Under the pieces are notes generated by a model. That model was not told where the DNA came from, did not search any database, and was given only the letters and a program-made list of their open reading frames with translations. A program made the translations under genes and the position numbers. From contig QPMI01000629.1 in assembly GCA_004431415.1 (NCBI GenBank), positions 79,448 to 143,447 of the forward strand: 64,000 bases of DNA, in the 5' to 3' direction. This DNA comes from Cyanophora paradoxa CCMP329 (lineage: Eukaryota; Plantae; Glaucophyta). Within the stretch, counting starts at the first letter, position 1. The number at the start of each line of letters is the position of its first letter. Of this stretch, positions 24,313-36,606 are shown one piece after another.

Positions 24313-26397
24313 ATGTTCTCCGTGGTGACAGACACCTACGAGAGGGCCGAGTTCCAGGGGCCCTACGGGTGGACGGGCCTGGTCGTGCTCCGCACCGACG
24401 CGGGGCCGAGCGTCTGCGTACCCGAGCTCAGGCGCCTCATCGCGTTCACGGGGGGCGACGCGCGCCTCGGGGAGACCTTTGGGGTCCCGACGCGGCCGCT
24501 GCGGGATGAGAACACGATCCTCCTCCTGGAGCACCTCGCCGCCCTCCCCCGCAAGCACTACGACGCGCAGGAGCGCCCGCCGCACGTCCTCGCCCTGCGC
24601 TACGTCGAGACGGTCATAGGCAACTCGTGGGAGCGCTCGCAGGACGTGCGCATGCCCCGGGCGGCGGCGGAGCTCTATGCGGCGCTGGAGAGGAGAAAGC
24701 AGGGCACCTTGCAGCGGCTCGAGATGCAGTTGATTCGGACCGGCGGCGATCGGCTCCTGGCCGTCCGGGCGCGGCGGATCGAGACGCCGGAGCTGCAGTG
24801 GTGGATCCCGCTCGCGAGCCTCGCCGAGGCGGCGTACGGCGACTCGCGCAGCACGAACTGCGTGCGCCAGGAGATCGTGAGGAAGCACCCCGACCTCGCG
24901 GTGGGCGGGCCTCACCGGTTCGAGGCGAGCACGCGGACGGTGGGGCGCGAGCGGCTCGCCCTCCTGACCCGCACCCTCGTCCACTACGGCGGCCTGGGCG
25001 CTGACGTGGCGACGTACGGCTCCGCGCGCCGCTGGGCGTTTATCAGCGCGCTGGGTGCGAAAAGGTGCTGGCGGGGCTGCCGGACCGGGCCCCCGGGCTC
25101 GCCGCCGAGTTTAAACGAGCGCGGCTCCTCCTGGAGGGGGCCGACCCCGCGACGCTCGACTCGGCCCCGTCGCTGCCGCTCGCCCCGGCCCCGCGCGTCT
25201 CCATCTTCGGACGCAAGACCTGGCTAAAGGTGAGCGGGGCCTCGGCGAGGTGGGGGGTAGGGAGGCGGGGAAGGGGGGGGGAGGGAGGGGGGGGGTACCG
25301 ACCACGCCGCAGGACGCCGAGATCGCCAACGTCCTCTCGCTCCTGCTCCTCCGGGCGCACGCGGGGGACAAGGTCAGGGCCCTGTACCCATGCACGTCGA
25401 GATTCTCGCCTCGCTCCTCCGGCGGTACGCGCGCGCCGACGAGGCCAGGCGCGCGCGGGAGCCCTTGGCGCCGCCGAGCGCGGCGCCTGCGTGCTCTGCC
25501 CGTCAGCGTGGGCAACCTGCGGCGCGGCGGGGAGCGCACAAAGGGATGGGCCTCGGGCGCCACTGGACCCTCCTCGCCGTCGACGGGAGCGCGAAGCGCG
25601 TGGGGTACTGGGACTCGCTCGGCGCGGACCCCGAGCCGAAGCTGCAGCACGCGGCGATGGCGGCCTTTCCGCGCTTCCCGTTCGTCGTCCAGACGGGCGG
25701 CCGCCTGCAGGTGGGGACGGGTATCAGTGTGCGCGCTCGCCCGCCCCCCTCCTCCGGCCCCCTCCCCCGCGCGCCCGCGCCCCCCCTCACCTCGCCGCCG
25801 CCGCCGCCGCCGCCGCAGGCGGGCCGTGGACCCTCTGGTTCGCCGAGGTGAAGACGCAAGAGGTGCTCACGGGCTTTCCCTGGTCCGACGAGATCGAGAG
25901 CGGGTGCCTCTCGTACGTGTACCCTGGCGAGGCTATCTCGTCGGCGATCGCGGCGGAGAACGGGCGGTTCATCGCGGAGAAGCGCGAGGCGTACCGGACG
26001 ATGCTGGAGAGCGGCGTCGTCGACCAGGCCGTGGCGCTCTTCGACGAAGACTCGCTGCCGGACGCGGAGCGCGTCGTCCTCCCGCCGTCCCCGCCACGGC
26101 CGCCGCGGCGGCGGCGGCGGCCGCCGCCGCCGCCAAGTCCGTTCGAAAGGCCGGCAAGGCCGCGGCCGCGGCGGCGGCGGGGGGGCCCTCCATCACCGTC
26201 CTCTCCTCGTCCTCGTCCTCGCCGTCCTCCGAGGACGGCGGAGAGGGAGACGAGGACGGGGAAGAATCCGAGGGGCGCGCCGACGGGGACGGGGCCGACG
26301 CGCCGGCGGGGACAGAGGAGGCCCTCGCCGAAGAGGTGCACGAAGATGGGGAGCCGGGGCCGAGCGGCTCGCGCCCTACGCCCTGCGCGAGTCGGAG
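24313..26397 (+). CDS. Bro-N-like DNA-binding region + Ulp1/SENP-type (C48) cysteine protease + acidic linker; probably the N-terminal part of the recombinase gene (frameshifted; introns 25230-25312 and 25729-25818)
   Basis: Bro-N-like: WWIPLASLAEAAYGDSRSTNCVRQEIVRKH...AFISALGAK...AAEFKR. C48-like: KTWLK|DAEIAN across an intron, HWTLLAVD (His), GYWDSLG (Asp), LQVGDGYQ C|GPWTLWF (Gln; the Cys codon is split by intron 2, and one 1-bp shift in a G-run is needed). Confidence 0.75.
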
Positions 26398-28065
26398 ATG
26401 TCACGGGAGCTGAGGAACCAGCTCGCGGCGTTTCAGACGTGGCGCACCTCGGCCCTCAACCCCGACCGCCAGGGCGGCGCCGCCGAGCGCTCGACGGTCC
26501 TCGTCAACGACGTCGGCACGATCTGCCGCCTGCTGGGGTACGTCAAGGAGCGCGAACAGGTCGGGCCGCTCACGATGGACCTCTTCGCGCGCACCGATTT
26601 CGAGGAGATCTACCTCCGCTTCCTCGGCTACCTCCGCTCCGAGCGCAGGCTCGCGGCCGGCACCCTCGCGGGGTACACGCAGAGCGTGATGCAGGCCTAC
26701 GCGTTCGTTCACAGCCGAACCGCCGGGGCCGAGGCGGGGGCCGATCGAGAGGGTCCGCACGCCCGCCCGCTCCGGAACCTGAAGACGCAGTTGGAGAAGG
26801 AGAAGAAGCAGCAGCGGGGGTGGAAGAAGCGCGGACCGAACTGGGTCTCGTTCGAGGCCGTCCTCTCGGCGCGGCGCGAGGCCCTCGAGGCGTTCGAGGC
26901 GGCGCCGCTCGAGCGGGACAGGGCCCTCGCCCTCCGCGAGGCCGTGCTCATCGGGTTCCTGAGCATCACGCCGGCCCGCGTGGGGGTCGTGCGGCGCCTG
27001 CAGATCGGTCAGACGCTGCGGCGCGACGGCGGCGCGTGGGCGATCTCGCTCACCGAGATGCGGCACGAATCGGGGGAGCTGGTGTCGAAGACGGCCAAGT
27101 CGCACGGCGCGATCACGGTCCCCATCGCCAGCCCGCTCCAGGCCCCCCTCGAGACCTACGTGGAGCGCTACCGCGGCCTCCTGCTGCCCGCCGGGCGCGC
27201 CGACGAGGGCTGGCTCTTCGCCTCGAGCAACGGCACCTGCCTCTCGGAGAGCGGGTGGGCCGTCTTCGTGCGCAGGGTGATGCTCAAGTACGTGGGCCTC
27301 CCGATCACTGCGAAGACGATGCGGGCGATCATCACGACGCACGTGCGGGAGCAGGCGGCGGCGAACCTGATCGAGAACGAGACCGCGGCGGCCGTCGTCG
27401 AGGGCGTCGCCCGCCTCCTCGCCCACACGCCCCAGACGGCGACCCTGCACTACGATTACGGGGCGCGCCAGCGCTCGGCGGCGAGCGCCGTGGCGTACCT
27501 CGAGCGCCTCGCCCTCCAGCACGAGGCGCGGTCCAGGGGCTCGGCGTCGAGCCCCACGGGCCTCCCGGGCGCCTCGTCGTCGGCGCCCCCGCCGCCCCCG
27601 CCGCCGCTGCCGCCGCCGCCGCCCTCCCTCCCCTGGAGGCCCTTCCCGAGCCGCCTCCAGATCCCGACCCCGCGCAGCACCCTCCTCCTCTTCCTCCTCC
27701 TCCTCGCGATCCGCGCGCGCAGAGGGCCCGGCGCCGTCGCCCGCCGTTGCGGCGCGGCCGGCCCGCGGCGCGGCCGCCGGGGGGAAGGAGAGCGGGGCGA
27801 GGGCCGGGCCGGGGAGCGCCGGGAGCTCGGGGTCGGCCCGGGCCGCCCAGGAGAGCACCGAGACGAGTTCGGGGTCGCAAGAGGAGGAGGCGGAAGAGGA
27901 GGAGGAGGAGGAGGAGGAAGAGGAGGAGGGGAGGAGAGCGGGTCGTCCGCCGAGCGGCCCCGGAAACCGAAGCGCTTCCACTGGCAGCGCCGCCGCCTCG
28001 ACCCGGGGACCAGATGGAGCTGGACTCGCCCGGGGCGAGGGCCGCTACTGCGAGACTGCAAGCGG
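26398..28065 (+). CDS. Tyrosine recombinase / integrase (core-binding + catalytic domain) with a Pro-rich and acidic tail; further 3' exons possible after GTAAG at 28066
   Basis: Core-binding-like helices (FLGYLRSERRLAAGTLAGY). Catalytic R in ITPARVG (26977), K in SKTAK (~27088), LFASSNG, KTMR at the HxxR position (~27313-27324), LLAH (27424) and Y in TLHYDY (27451). The catalytic domain is uninterrupted. Confidence 0.88.
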
Positions 28066-29499
28066 GTAAGGAACTCCCGCCCGCGACCCCCGAGCACGCG
28101 CGCCGCGCACCCTCACCGACTGTAGATCTTCCAGACGGCCGGGGGCCCGCCAGCACGCCCGGAGCTGTTCCGGCGGGGCGAGCCGCACGCGGGAGAGGCG
28201 GGGAGGGGCGCGGGGCACGGGCGAGGGCGCGGGCGGGTGCGGGTCGCCCGCGGCCCTCCCGCCCCGTGCACGTCGCGCAGCCGGCTTCCGAGGGGCCCCG
28301 CCTCCGACCTGGCACCTTCGGTGGGTCAGCGCGAGCCCGTACCCCCGGGCAGGTCGCGGCGGCGATGGCGACGCACTCGACGGACCCGCTCCGCGGACGG
28401 TCTTTGCTCGGCTCGTCCAGACCGTGCGCCTCCCAGCGGCGAGTTCGAGTCCCGCTGGGTCGTGCTGCGGCGCTTCGGGCCTTCTGGACGCCGGGCTCCG
28501 AGGGCAGCGCGCGCGAGTGGAGGGGGTACGGGCGCTCGCGCCCGTCGACTACGACGCGAGAAACGGAGCGTGGACATCAGGACGCCCGCCGCCCGCATCT
28601 CCGACCTCCTCGGGCTCGGCTCCGGCACGCGGCGCCGTCGCCGCCGCCTCCGCGGTCCGGGGCGGGAGCCCGGGGCGAGGGAGGGGCCTTTCGGCCGCGG
28701 GCCGGCCCCGGAAGCGCCCGGGTACCTGACTCGGGGGGTCGGTTCGGGCCCCAGCGCCCCAGGCTTGCGGACGCAGCCGGCGCGGTGCGCACCATCGGAT
28801 CCGCCGTGCTCGAGAGGGGCGGGCAAAACTCCAACGGGTCCTGGGGCGAAGGTCGGCTCCGGAGGGGAGGGGGGGTACGGGTACTTTGTGCGCACCCCCA
28901 CGGCGTGCCGCACCTCGTTCGATCGGGAATGACAAGGAGAGTGCGGAGAGGCGGTCGGCGGGCCTCGGGGTGCCGGGGTCGAGGGGTAGATCGAAAAAAC
29001 TGCGCGGGGCCGGTCTCGGGACGGGATGGGCGGCAGCGCGGGGCCGGAGGGCGAGCTTAAAGCGCACCGACGGTGCTGGGCACAACCGGAGCGCCCCGAC
29101 CCGCGATCGGGCGCGGTCGGGGGATGATGGAGCCCGCCGATCCTCCGTGCCTGCCCGAACCGACGGACCGCCGCCCGCAGAGGCTCTGCGCCCCTCCCGC
29201 GCGTTCTCCGCCCCCGCGACCGGATCCAAAGCGCCAGAAGCGCGCGCCGTGGCGGAGCAGGGGCCCGCGCTGAGCGGCGGGCGGGCGGCTGCGGCGCCGC
29301 CGCGGGGCGCCTGGTCGGGGAGGCGGCTGCGACTCCTGCGAGCCATGTCAGAGCGTAGCGGGGTGGAATCGGTGCCGAAATCGCACGCGGGCACGCCTCG
29401 TCCTCGGGAACGCGTGGGGAGCAGTCGGATGGCGCGGTCGAGCGGGCTGCGACGGATCGAGGAGCACGTGGGCGCGAGGGAAGAGCGATCGGGATGGAT

Positions 29500-30059
29500 C
29501 GGGGCGCGAGGCGCCGCCGGCCGCTCGCTGTGCGCCGATCGGTGCGCTCGGGGGTTGGGGCGCCGGGAACAGCACGGTCGAAGCACTCGAATGTGGACGA
29601 GCAGGCCGGCCGCGTCCGCAGCAAACACGAATCTCGCCGCGAGAGCTCCCGGGGGTACGCGGCAGCGGGCGGGGTACAAGGGGATCGTGCTATGCCCGGT
29701 CCGCCTGTAGTGTGCGTAAAGCTTAAGGCCGACGAACCCACAAAGTACGATTGGCCGGCCGTCGAGGCACCTCGGAGCCGAGCCGTCACGAGGTCCGCGC
29801 AGCCGCACGCCCGGACGTGCTCTATCGCCCCCGATCCGCCGCGCATCGTTGAACGGTCCGCCAGGGGAGCGCCTCGACCGCCTGCGCGGCTCCGCCTCGC
29901 CGCGGCGGTTATCGTTGCGAGGTGAGCGGCGCGGGACGCGCCGTCGCGACTTTGGGAGCTCGAGACGCGACGGTCGTTGGTTGAATGTCCCGTCTTCCCG
30001 CAGGAACGGCACTCGCCCCGCCCGCGGGCGCCCCGACCCTGATCACTCGTGCTGGCCAT
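29500..30059 (-). CDS. Possible Zn-knuckle protein (3' end undefined)
   Basis: MASTSDQGRGARGRGECRSCGKTGHSTNDRR has a CxxC-x3-GH knuckle resembling those of the 55846 gene. Confidence 0.4.
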
Positions 30060-30169
30060 GGCGCGTGCGCGCGCCGCGAGCGCGCCCGTCGCCGGCCCGT
30101 CCGCCTCGCGACTCGGCTCGCGTTTGTCCCACGACCCCTCGCACTCCGTTTGCCGAGCGCCGCTGCAGA

Positions 30170-32000
30170 GGTTCTCGCGCCCGTACGCGTGCGGCGGGGC
30201 CCTGAGGGGCGCGCGGCGAGTTTCCAGCGGGGTCCAGATTTGGAGGCGGGGTACGGGACCGCCCTTCTCCTCGCCCGCCCTCGGCTTCTCACGCCCGTGC
30301 AGCGGGGCCCTGAGGGGGGCGCGGCGAATTTCCAGCGGGGGAGGGTCGGGTCTGGAGACGGGTACGGGATTCCCCTTCTCTCCCTCGCCCACGGCTTCTC
30401 ACGCCCGTGCAGCGGGGCCCTGAGGGAGGCGCGGCGAGTTTCCAGCGGGGGAGGGTCGGGTCTGGAGACGGGTACGGGACCGCCCTTCTCCTCGCTCGCC
30501 CTCGGCTTCTCACGCCCGTGCAGCGGGGCCCTGAGGGGCGCGGGGCGAGTTTCCAGCGGGGGAGGGTCGGGTCTGGAGACGGGGTACGGGATTCCCCTTC
30601 TCGCGCTCGCCCTCGGCCTCTCACGTCCGTGCAGCGGGGCCCTGAGGGGGGCCCTGCGAGTTTCCAGCGGGGAGGGTCGGGTCTGGAGACGGGGTACTGG
30701 ATTCCCCTTCTCTCGCTCGCCCTCGGCTTCTCACGCCCGTGCAGCGGGGCCCTGAGGGGCGCGCGGCGAGTTTCCAGCGGGGGAGGGTCGGGTCTGGAGA
30801 CGGGGTACGGGATTCCCCTTCTCTCGCTCGCCCTCGGCTTCTCACGTTCGTGCAGCGGGGCCCTGAGGGGGGCGCGGGGCGAGTTTCCAGCGGGGGAGGG
30901 TCGGGTCTGGGGACGGGGTACGGGATTCCCCTTCTCTCACTCGCCCTCGGCTTCTCACGTCCGTGCAGCGGGGCCTTGAGGGGCGCGGGGCGAGTTTCCA
31001 GCGGGGGAGGGGCGGGTCTGGAGACGGGTACGGGATTCCCCTTCTCTCACTCGCCCTCGGCTTCTCACGCCCGTGCAGCGGGGCCCTGAGGGGGGCGCGG
31101 CGAGTTTCCAGCGGGGGAGGGTCGGGTCTGGAGACGGGGTGCGGGATTCCCTTCTCTTTCTCGCCCTCGGCTTCTCACGTCCGTGCAGCGGGGCCCTGAG
31201 GGGCGCGGGGCGAGTTTCCAGCGGGGGAGGGTCGGGTCTGGAGACGGGGTACGGGATTCCCCTTCTCTCCCTCGCCCTCGGCTTCTCACGCCCGTGCAGC
31301 GGGGCCCTGACTGGGGCGCGGCGAGTTTCCAGCGGGGGAGGGTCGGGTCTGGGGACGGGGTACGGGACCGCCCTTCTCCTCGCTCGCCCTCGGCTTCTCA
31401 CGCCCGTGCAGCGGGGCCCTGAGGGGGGCGCGGCGAGTTTCCAGCGGGGGAGGGTCGGGTCTGGAGACGGGGTACGGGACCGCCCTTCTCCTCGCTCGCC
31501 CTCGGCTTCTCACGCCCGTGCAGCGGGGCCCTGAGGGGGGCGCGGCGAGTTTCCAGCGGGGGAGGGTCGGGTCTGGAGACGGGGTACGGGACCGCCCTTC
31601 TCTCCCTCGCCCTCGGCTTCTCACGCCCGTGCAGCGGGGCCCTGAGGGGGGCGCGGCGAGTTTCCAGCGGGGTCCGGGTCTGGAGGCGGGGTACGGGACC
31701 GCCCTTCTCCTCGCTCGCCCTCGGCTTCTCACGCCCGTGCAGCGGGGCCCTGAGGGGGGCGCGGCGAGTTTCCAGCGGGGGAGGGTCGGGTCTGGAGACG
31801 GGGTACGGGACCGCCCTTCTCCTCTCCCGCCCTCGGCTTCTCACGCCCGTGCAGCGGGGCCCTGAGGGGGGCGCGGCGAGTTTCCAGCGGGGGAGGGGCG
31901 GGTCTGGAGATGGGGTACGGGATTCCCCTTCTCTCCCTCGCCCTCGGCTTCTCACGCCCGTGCAGCGGGGCCCTGAGGGGGGCGCGGCGAGTTTCCAGCG
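30170..32000. repeat. ~111-bp tandem array, ~17 copies, containing GGCGAGTTTCCAG (rc CTGGAAACTCGCC) and GGGGTACGGG
   Basis: TCACGCCCGTGCAGCGGGGCCCTGAG recurs about every 110-112 bp from ~30290 to ~31952. Confidence 0.95.
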
Positions 32001-32009
32001 GCCTCCTCG

Positions 32010-32980
32010 TACCTTCTGGAGACTCGCCACCACACCCGGTGAGAGGGGGGAGCGCTAGAACTCTGACCGTACCCCACACCCCCTACCCGCCCCCGAGACT
32101 CGCCGCCGCCCCGAAAGAGAGCGGCGCTTAATCTCTGACCGCACCCCTAGTCGCCTCCCTCCCGCCCCCTTGGAGACTCGCCGCTGCCCCCCAGAGAGAG
32201 AGAGTGGCGCTTAATCTCTGACCGTACCCCCACTCCCTCCCCCTCCCCCCTGGAGACTCGCCGCTGCCCCCCGAAGCAAACAGCTCTATAATATTGACCG
32301 TACCCCAGCTCCCTCCCCCTCCCCCCTGGAGACTCGCCGCTGCCCCGAAAGAGAGCGGCGCTTCATCTCTGACCGTACCCCCACCTACCTCCCCCTCCCC
32401 ATTGGAGACTCGCCGCTGCCCCCCAGAGAGAGAGAGAGAGAGTGGCGCTGAATCTCTGACCGTACCCCCACCTACCTCCCCCTCCCCCCCTGGAGACTCG
32501 CCGCTGCCCCCGAAAGAGAGTGGCGCTGAATCTCTGACCGTACCCCAGCCCCTCCCCCCTCCCCCCTGGAGACTCGCCGCCGCCCCTCGAAGCAAACGGC
32601 TCTCGAATTTCGGGCGTACCCCCCACGTACCCCCTCGTTCCAACTCCCCCGGGAGACTCGCCGCCGCCCCCGAGAGGGCGACGCTAGAAGCTCGGCCGTA
32701 CCCCCAGCTACCCCCTCCCTCCCTCCCTCCCCCCCCCCTCTGGAGACTCGCCGCCGCCCCCCGAGAGAGAGCGGCGCAAAAGCTCCGAGCCGTACCCCCG
32801 GGCAGCCCCACCCCACCCCACCCCCCTGGAGACCCGCCCGACGCCCCAGAACGAGCGAGCTTCGGCGCCCCCTGGGCCATCGGCGCGGGGGCGCATGGCG
32901 CCCCTGAAACTCCTCTACCCCCCTGCCTCTTGCGGCGCGGTACCCCCCTCTCTCTCGCTTGATCGCCTTGCGGGCGCGAC
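32010..32980. repeat. ~60-bp degenerate tandem array (~13 copies) with CTGGAGACTCGCCG and CCGTACCCC, plus a unique tail
   Basis: (G)GAGACTCGCC occurs at ~32018, 32095, 32172, 32252, 32327, 32404, 32492, 32568, 32652, 32741, each accompanied by a CGTACCCC-like motif. Confidence 0.9.
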
Positions 32981-33247
32981 GTCGCGACGACGGGGTTCCC
33001 TTGGCGCGCGCAGATCCCTCGCCGAGGGCCCGCAGCCGCACCGCGCTCCGCGGCCGGGCCGTGCGCCCGCGCCCCGCCCCGCCCCGCCCCGCCCCACCCC
33101 CAGCGCCCTCCCCCTCGCCCCCTCCCCTCCCCCCGCCCCCCCCCCACCTCCGCTCCCCCTTTTCCTCCCGCTCCGTGCGATCGACTCGAATAAAAGGGAC
33201 CCGATCCGCGTTGGCCCCCGGGGGCGAGAAGAGCGGGGCGGGGCGGA

Positions 33248-35057
33248 ATGAAGGCGGGCCGGGCCGCGGACCTCCTCCCCCCCGAAGCCCCGCCGGCGGC
33301 CCCCGATGCGGCGGTCGCGGTGCTCCTCTCCGGCGACCCCCTCTTCTACGCCGCCGTCCGAGCGCGCCGCCAGAGCGCGCGGAGGCGGCTCGACGACGTG
33401 GAGCCGGAGGAGAGGACGCGCTGCCTCTACCCCTCGCTGCACCGGGCGCGCCGCACCGTACCGGCCGACCTGGCGCCCTTTTTCCGGTCCTCCGGGGCGC
33501 CGCCGCTGCTCTCCGTTTCCGCCCTGCGGCCCCGGGAGAGCGCCTCGCTCGTGCTCGCCCCGTCGGCCGAGTGGGCCGTCGTCCACAGCTACGAGACCGA
33601 CGGGTACCGCATCGTTCCCGTCCTCGCCGGCGAGCGGCCGGCGGTCGAGCCCGAGTCCGCGCCCCCCGTGCCGGGGGCGCCGAGCTGGGGGCCCGCGGCG
33701 GGGGATCCCGGCATCCTCTTCGGCCTCTGCGACGGAAGCGTCGCCCTCTACCGGCGCGGGACCTACCGCGTCGTGCCCCCGGGGGCGGCCCGCCCTACAC
33801 CACGCCGGGGCCCCTGGGGAGCGTGGGGCCGCCGCGGCCGCCATCCCCGCCCGCCGCGTGCGGCGCATAGCGGCCCTCGACGAGCGCCGGGTCGCGGTGG
33901 CGGTCGGGGGAGCGAGAGCGTGCACGTGGTGGACCTGGAGACGGGGCGCTGGGAGCCCGTCTTCCGCAACTCGCACGCCTGGCTCGTCGACATGGCGGGG
34001 ACGAGCGTGGGCGCCTCTGGCTCGAGTACACGAACACGGTGGCCGTCCGCGAGCCGGGCCCCGGCGGGGCCCTCTGCGTCCGCGCCCCTGGCCCCGCGTG
34101 GCCCCTCCCCCCGACGCCAGCCCCTGGGTCGTACACTCCCCCGGGGGTACCCGGTACTGGTGGTGGGCGGCGCGGTGCTGCCTCTGCGCGGGCGAGTCAG
34201 AGGGGCGGGACGCGCACACGACGCTGCGCGACGTCGTCTCCGTGCGCTACCTGCTCCCCGTCGGGGAGGCGAGGCTGCTCGCCGCCTGCCAGCGCAACTC
34301 GTTCGTCTGGGAGCCGCGGCGGCGCCGCGTCGCGTCCCTCGTCCCCCTGACCCCCGACGCGCCCCCCTCCTGGGCCGCGCCCGGGCGCGAGTCGTACCTG
34401 AGCGTCTCGCACTCGTCCTCGTACGTGCTGGGCCTCGCGACGGGCCCCGCCTCCTGGAGGCCGTTCAGCCCGAAGACGGGGGCGTGGTACCCCGAGGAGC
34501 CCGTCGCCGAGACGGCCGCCCGCCCCGATCTCTTCGAGACGTTTGGCGTCCCCGTGAGCACGTACGCCTACGCGAGCCGCCGCGGCTCCGTCCTCGCCCT
34601 CTACCGGCGCCCCCGCTACGATTCGGTCGCCGCCGGCCGGGGTACGAGCGCGGTCGACGTCTTCTGGCCCCAGCGGGGCCTGCGGGCGGGGCCCTACCGC
34701 GTCCCCTTTCGCGTCGAAGGCTCGGTCGCCGTGCACCGCGGCGTGCGCTTCACCCCCGACGAGCGAGCGATCGTGATCCCCAGCGCGACGGGGTACAGCA
34801 TCTTTCCCCTCCCCTACGCCCCCTCGGATCCGAATTCGAGCGCCTCGGCGGTCTCGAGCTCTAGATCTTGTTCACGATCGGCCGAGCTGGAGGGGCCGGG
34901 CGCAGAGCCTGCGGCGCCGCCGGCCGCCGCCGCCGGCACCGGCACCGACACCGGATCTAGGTCCGGATCCGGAGACGTCGACGCGATTGGCGTGCCGCAG
35001 GAGCCCGCGCGAGAAACTCTAGCTAGGCAGGCGCCGGCATGCGCAGGCTTCATCTGA
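33248..35057 (+). CDS. Intronless beta-propeller (WD40-like) protein, several 1-bp frameshifts
   Basis: Blade-like segments ILFGLCDGSVALY, RIAALDERRVAVAVG..SVHVVDLETG, VSVRYLLPVGEARLLAACQRNSFVWE, VRFTPDERAIVIPSATGYSIF. AATAAAAGGG lies ~58 bp upstream of the ATG. Confidence 0.55.
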
Positions 35058-35367
35058 TATATCGATATCGATTGAATTTCGACGACTCGGCGAGTACCGT
35101 AGTACATGCGCGCGATCGGGGCCGGACACCAACGCGATTATAAATAAAAACATCAATCATAAAACTTGCGAGCGAGCGAGCGGGTCGAATCGAAGAGGAA
35201 GGTAGGATGATAAATTTGGTCAAGGCCCGAAAGGAATTCGAAACGAACAGGCACATGCCATGATGGCCGGCAGCCTCGAACAAACAGGATCAAACAGAAA
35301 AGGAAATTCGAAACGGGACGAGGAACGCATCTAGAGCCTAGGGGGGGCGGGGAAGGACCCCCTTCTA

Positions 35368-36255
35368 ACCTTCTCGGCCCTTCTGGAAAGAGTGCTTTGA
35401 TAAATATTGCCGGCTGTCTGGTGCCCTAATTAATCTCGAGAAGTCTAACCTTCTTCCGCTCCGCGATATTCCTGCGGACGTGTGGCCTAGCGTCGAGGAC
35501 TGTCCCTGGCGGCGTCTCCAGGTGACGGATCTCCCTCCCGCTGAGAAAATTCGCAAGTACTTGGGCTTTCCGCTTGAGCCCAATCTGTCTCGATTCTGGC
35601 GTAAGAAAAATGCTGCTCTTGATATTCGTGTGCAGCAAGCGAAAACCTATCGCATGCCGATGCGCTCCGGCGTTCTCCTTGCCTGGGCGGTCTTTATTGG
35701 ATCCCTGCATTATGCTCTGTATTTGCTTGACCCCCCCGATGCCCAGTATTCTACATGGCAAGAGAAGCTTCGCTCTTTTGCCGGCGTGAGTGGGCAACTT
35801 TCGAAGTATATTTCTCCTCTGCCGTGGCATCAAGGTGGTCTCAATTGCCCTGATATTCGTGTCTTTTCTTTATCACTGAAAATGAAGTGGGTGGCCTTGT
35901 TGGCTGACCCGTCCTGTTCGGCTCCTTGGAAGGAGTACCTCTTGAGCAAACTGGACGTTCAGCTGGCGCCCTTTTCCTACGGCCCCGCCTTTATCTCGCT
36001 TCGTCTCCCACTTGGCGGTCTTGACTTGCCTCCTATTTGGAAGCAGGCTTTCTCGGAGTGGGCTCAGCGCCAGGGCGTGTGTCAACCTCGTACTTCACTC
36101 GAAGTTTTATCCCAACCTCTTTTCTTTAATCCCTTGTTCGATGCTCCGGGTGCCGAGGTTGACTGGAGTCGCTGTGCACGGTCTGGCTTGCTGCGGGTCT
36201 GCGATATCTGGGATTGTACCACCCGGCGATTCCGGACTCCACCAGCTGCCTCCAA
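35368..36255 (+). mobile_element. Non-LTR retrotransposon (L1/Tx1-like) ORF2 fragment: end of RT, thumb and downstream region; truncated at both ends
   Basis: LSGALINLEKS...KYLGFPL...GGLNCPDI...LKMKW...PLFFNPLF...GLLRVCDIW. T-rich composition differs sharply from the flanks. Confidence 0.85.
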
Positions 36256-36606
36256 AGGGGCGGGGGCCGAGGCGCGCGACGAGCTCGGATGGGGATTCGG
36301 AGGGTGGCGAGGGGTGGGCGGGGGCGGGCGGGCGGGGGGGTACGGGGGCATCGTGCGGAGCGGTGCTCATCCCACGCCACGAGTCGGATGGGGCATGTAC
36401 AGTCGAGGTTGGGCGGGGCGGCAGCTGCAGGCTTTTAGGAGGGAAAAAGGTCAAGATGGGGTGGAGGGAGAGGGGGGAGGGGGGGGAGAGAGGGGGGGGA
36501 GGGGGGCGGGGCGGGGAGGGGGAAGGGGGGAGGGGGGAGGGGAGGGGGGGAAGGGGGAGGGGAGGGGGGGGGGGGGGGGGGGGACGGGAGCACGTTCGGC
36601 GGCGGC

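Noticed and set aside
25065-29060. 1331-aa ORF as one real protein
   Set aside because: Mostly an Arg/Pro/Gly-rich shadow frame of GC-rich DNA; only short stretches (e.g. ~25065-25229 and ~25819-26080) are the true coding frame.
36455-36585. G-rich tracts (also 39490-39575) as telomeric repeats or functional G-quadruplexes
   Set aside because: Irregular poly-G/purine runs typical of introns and 3' regions here; no fixed telomere unit.
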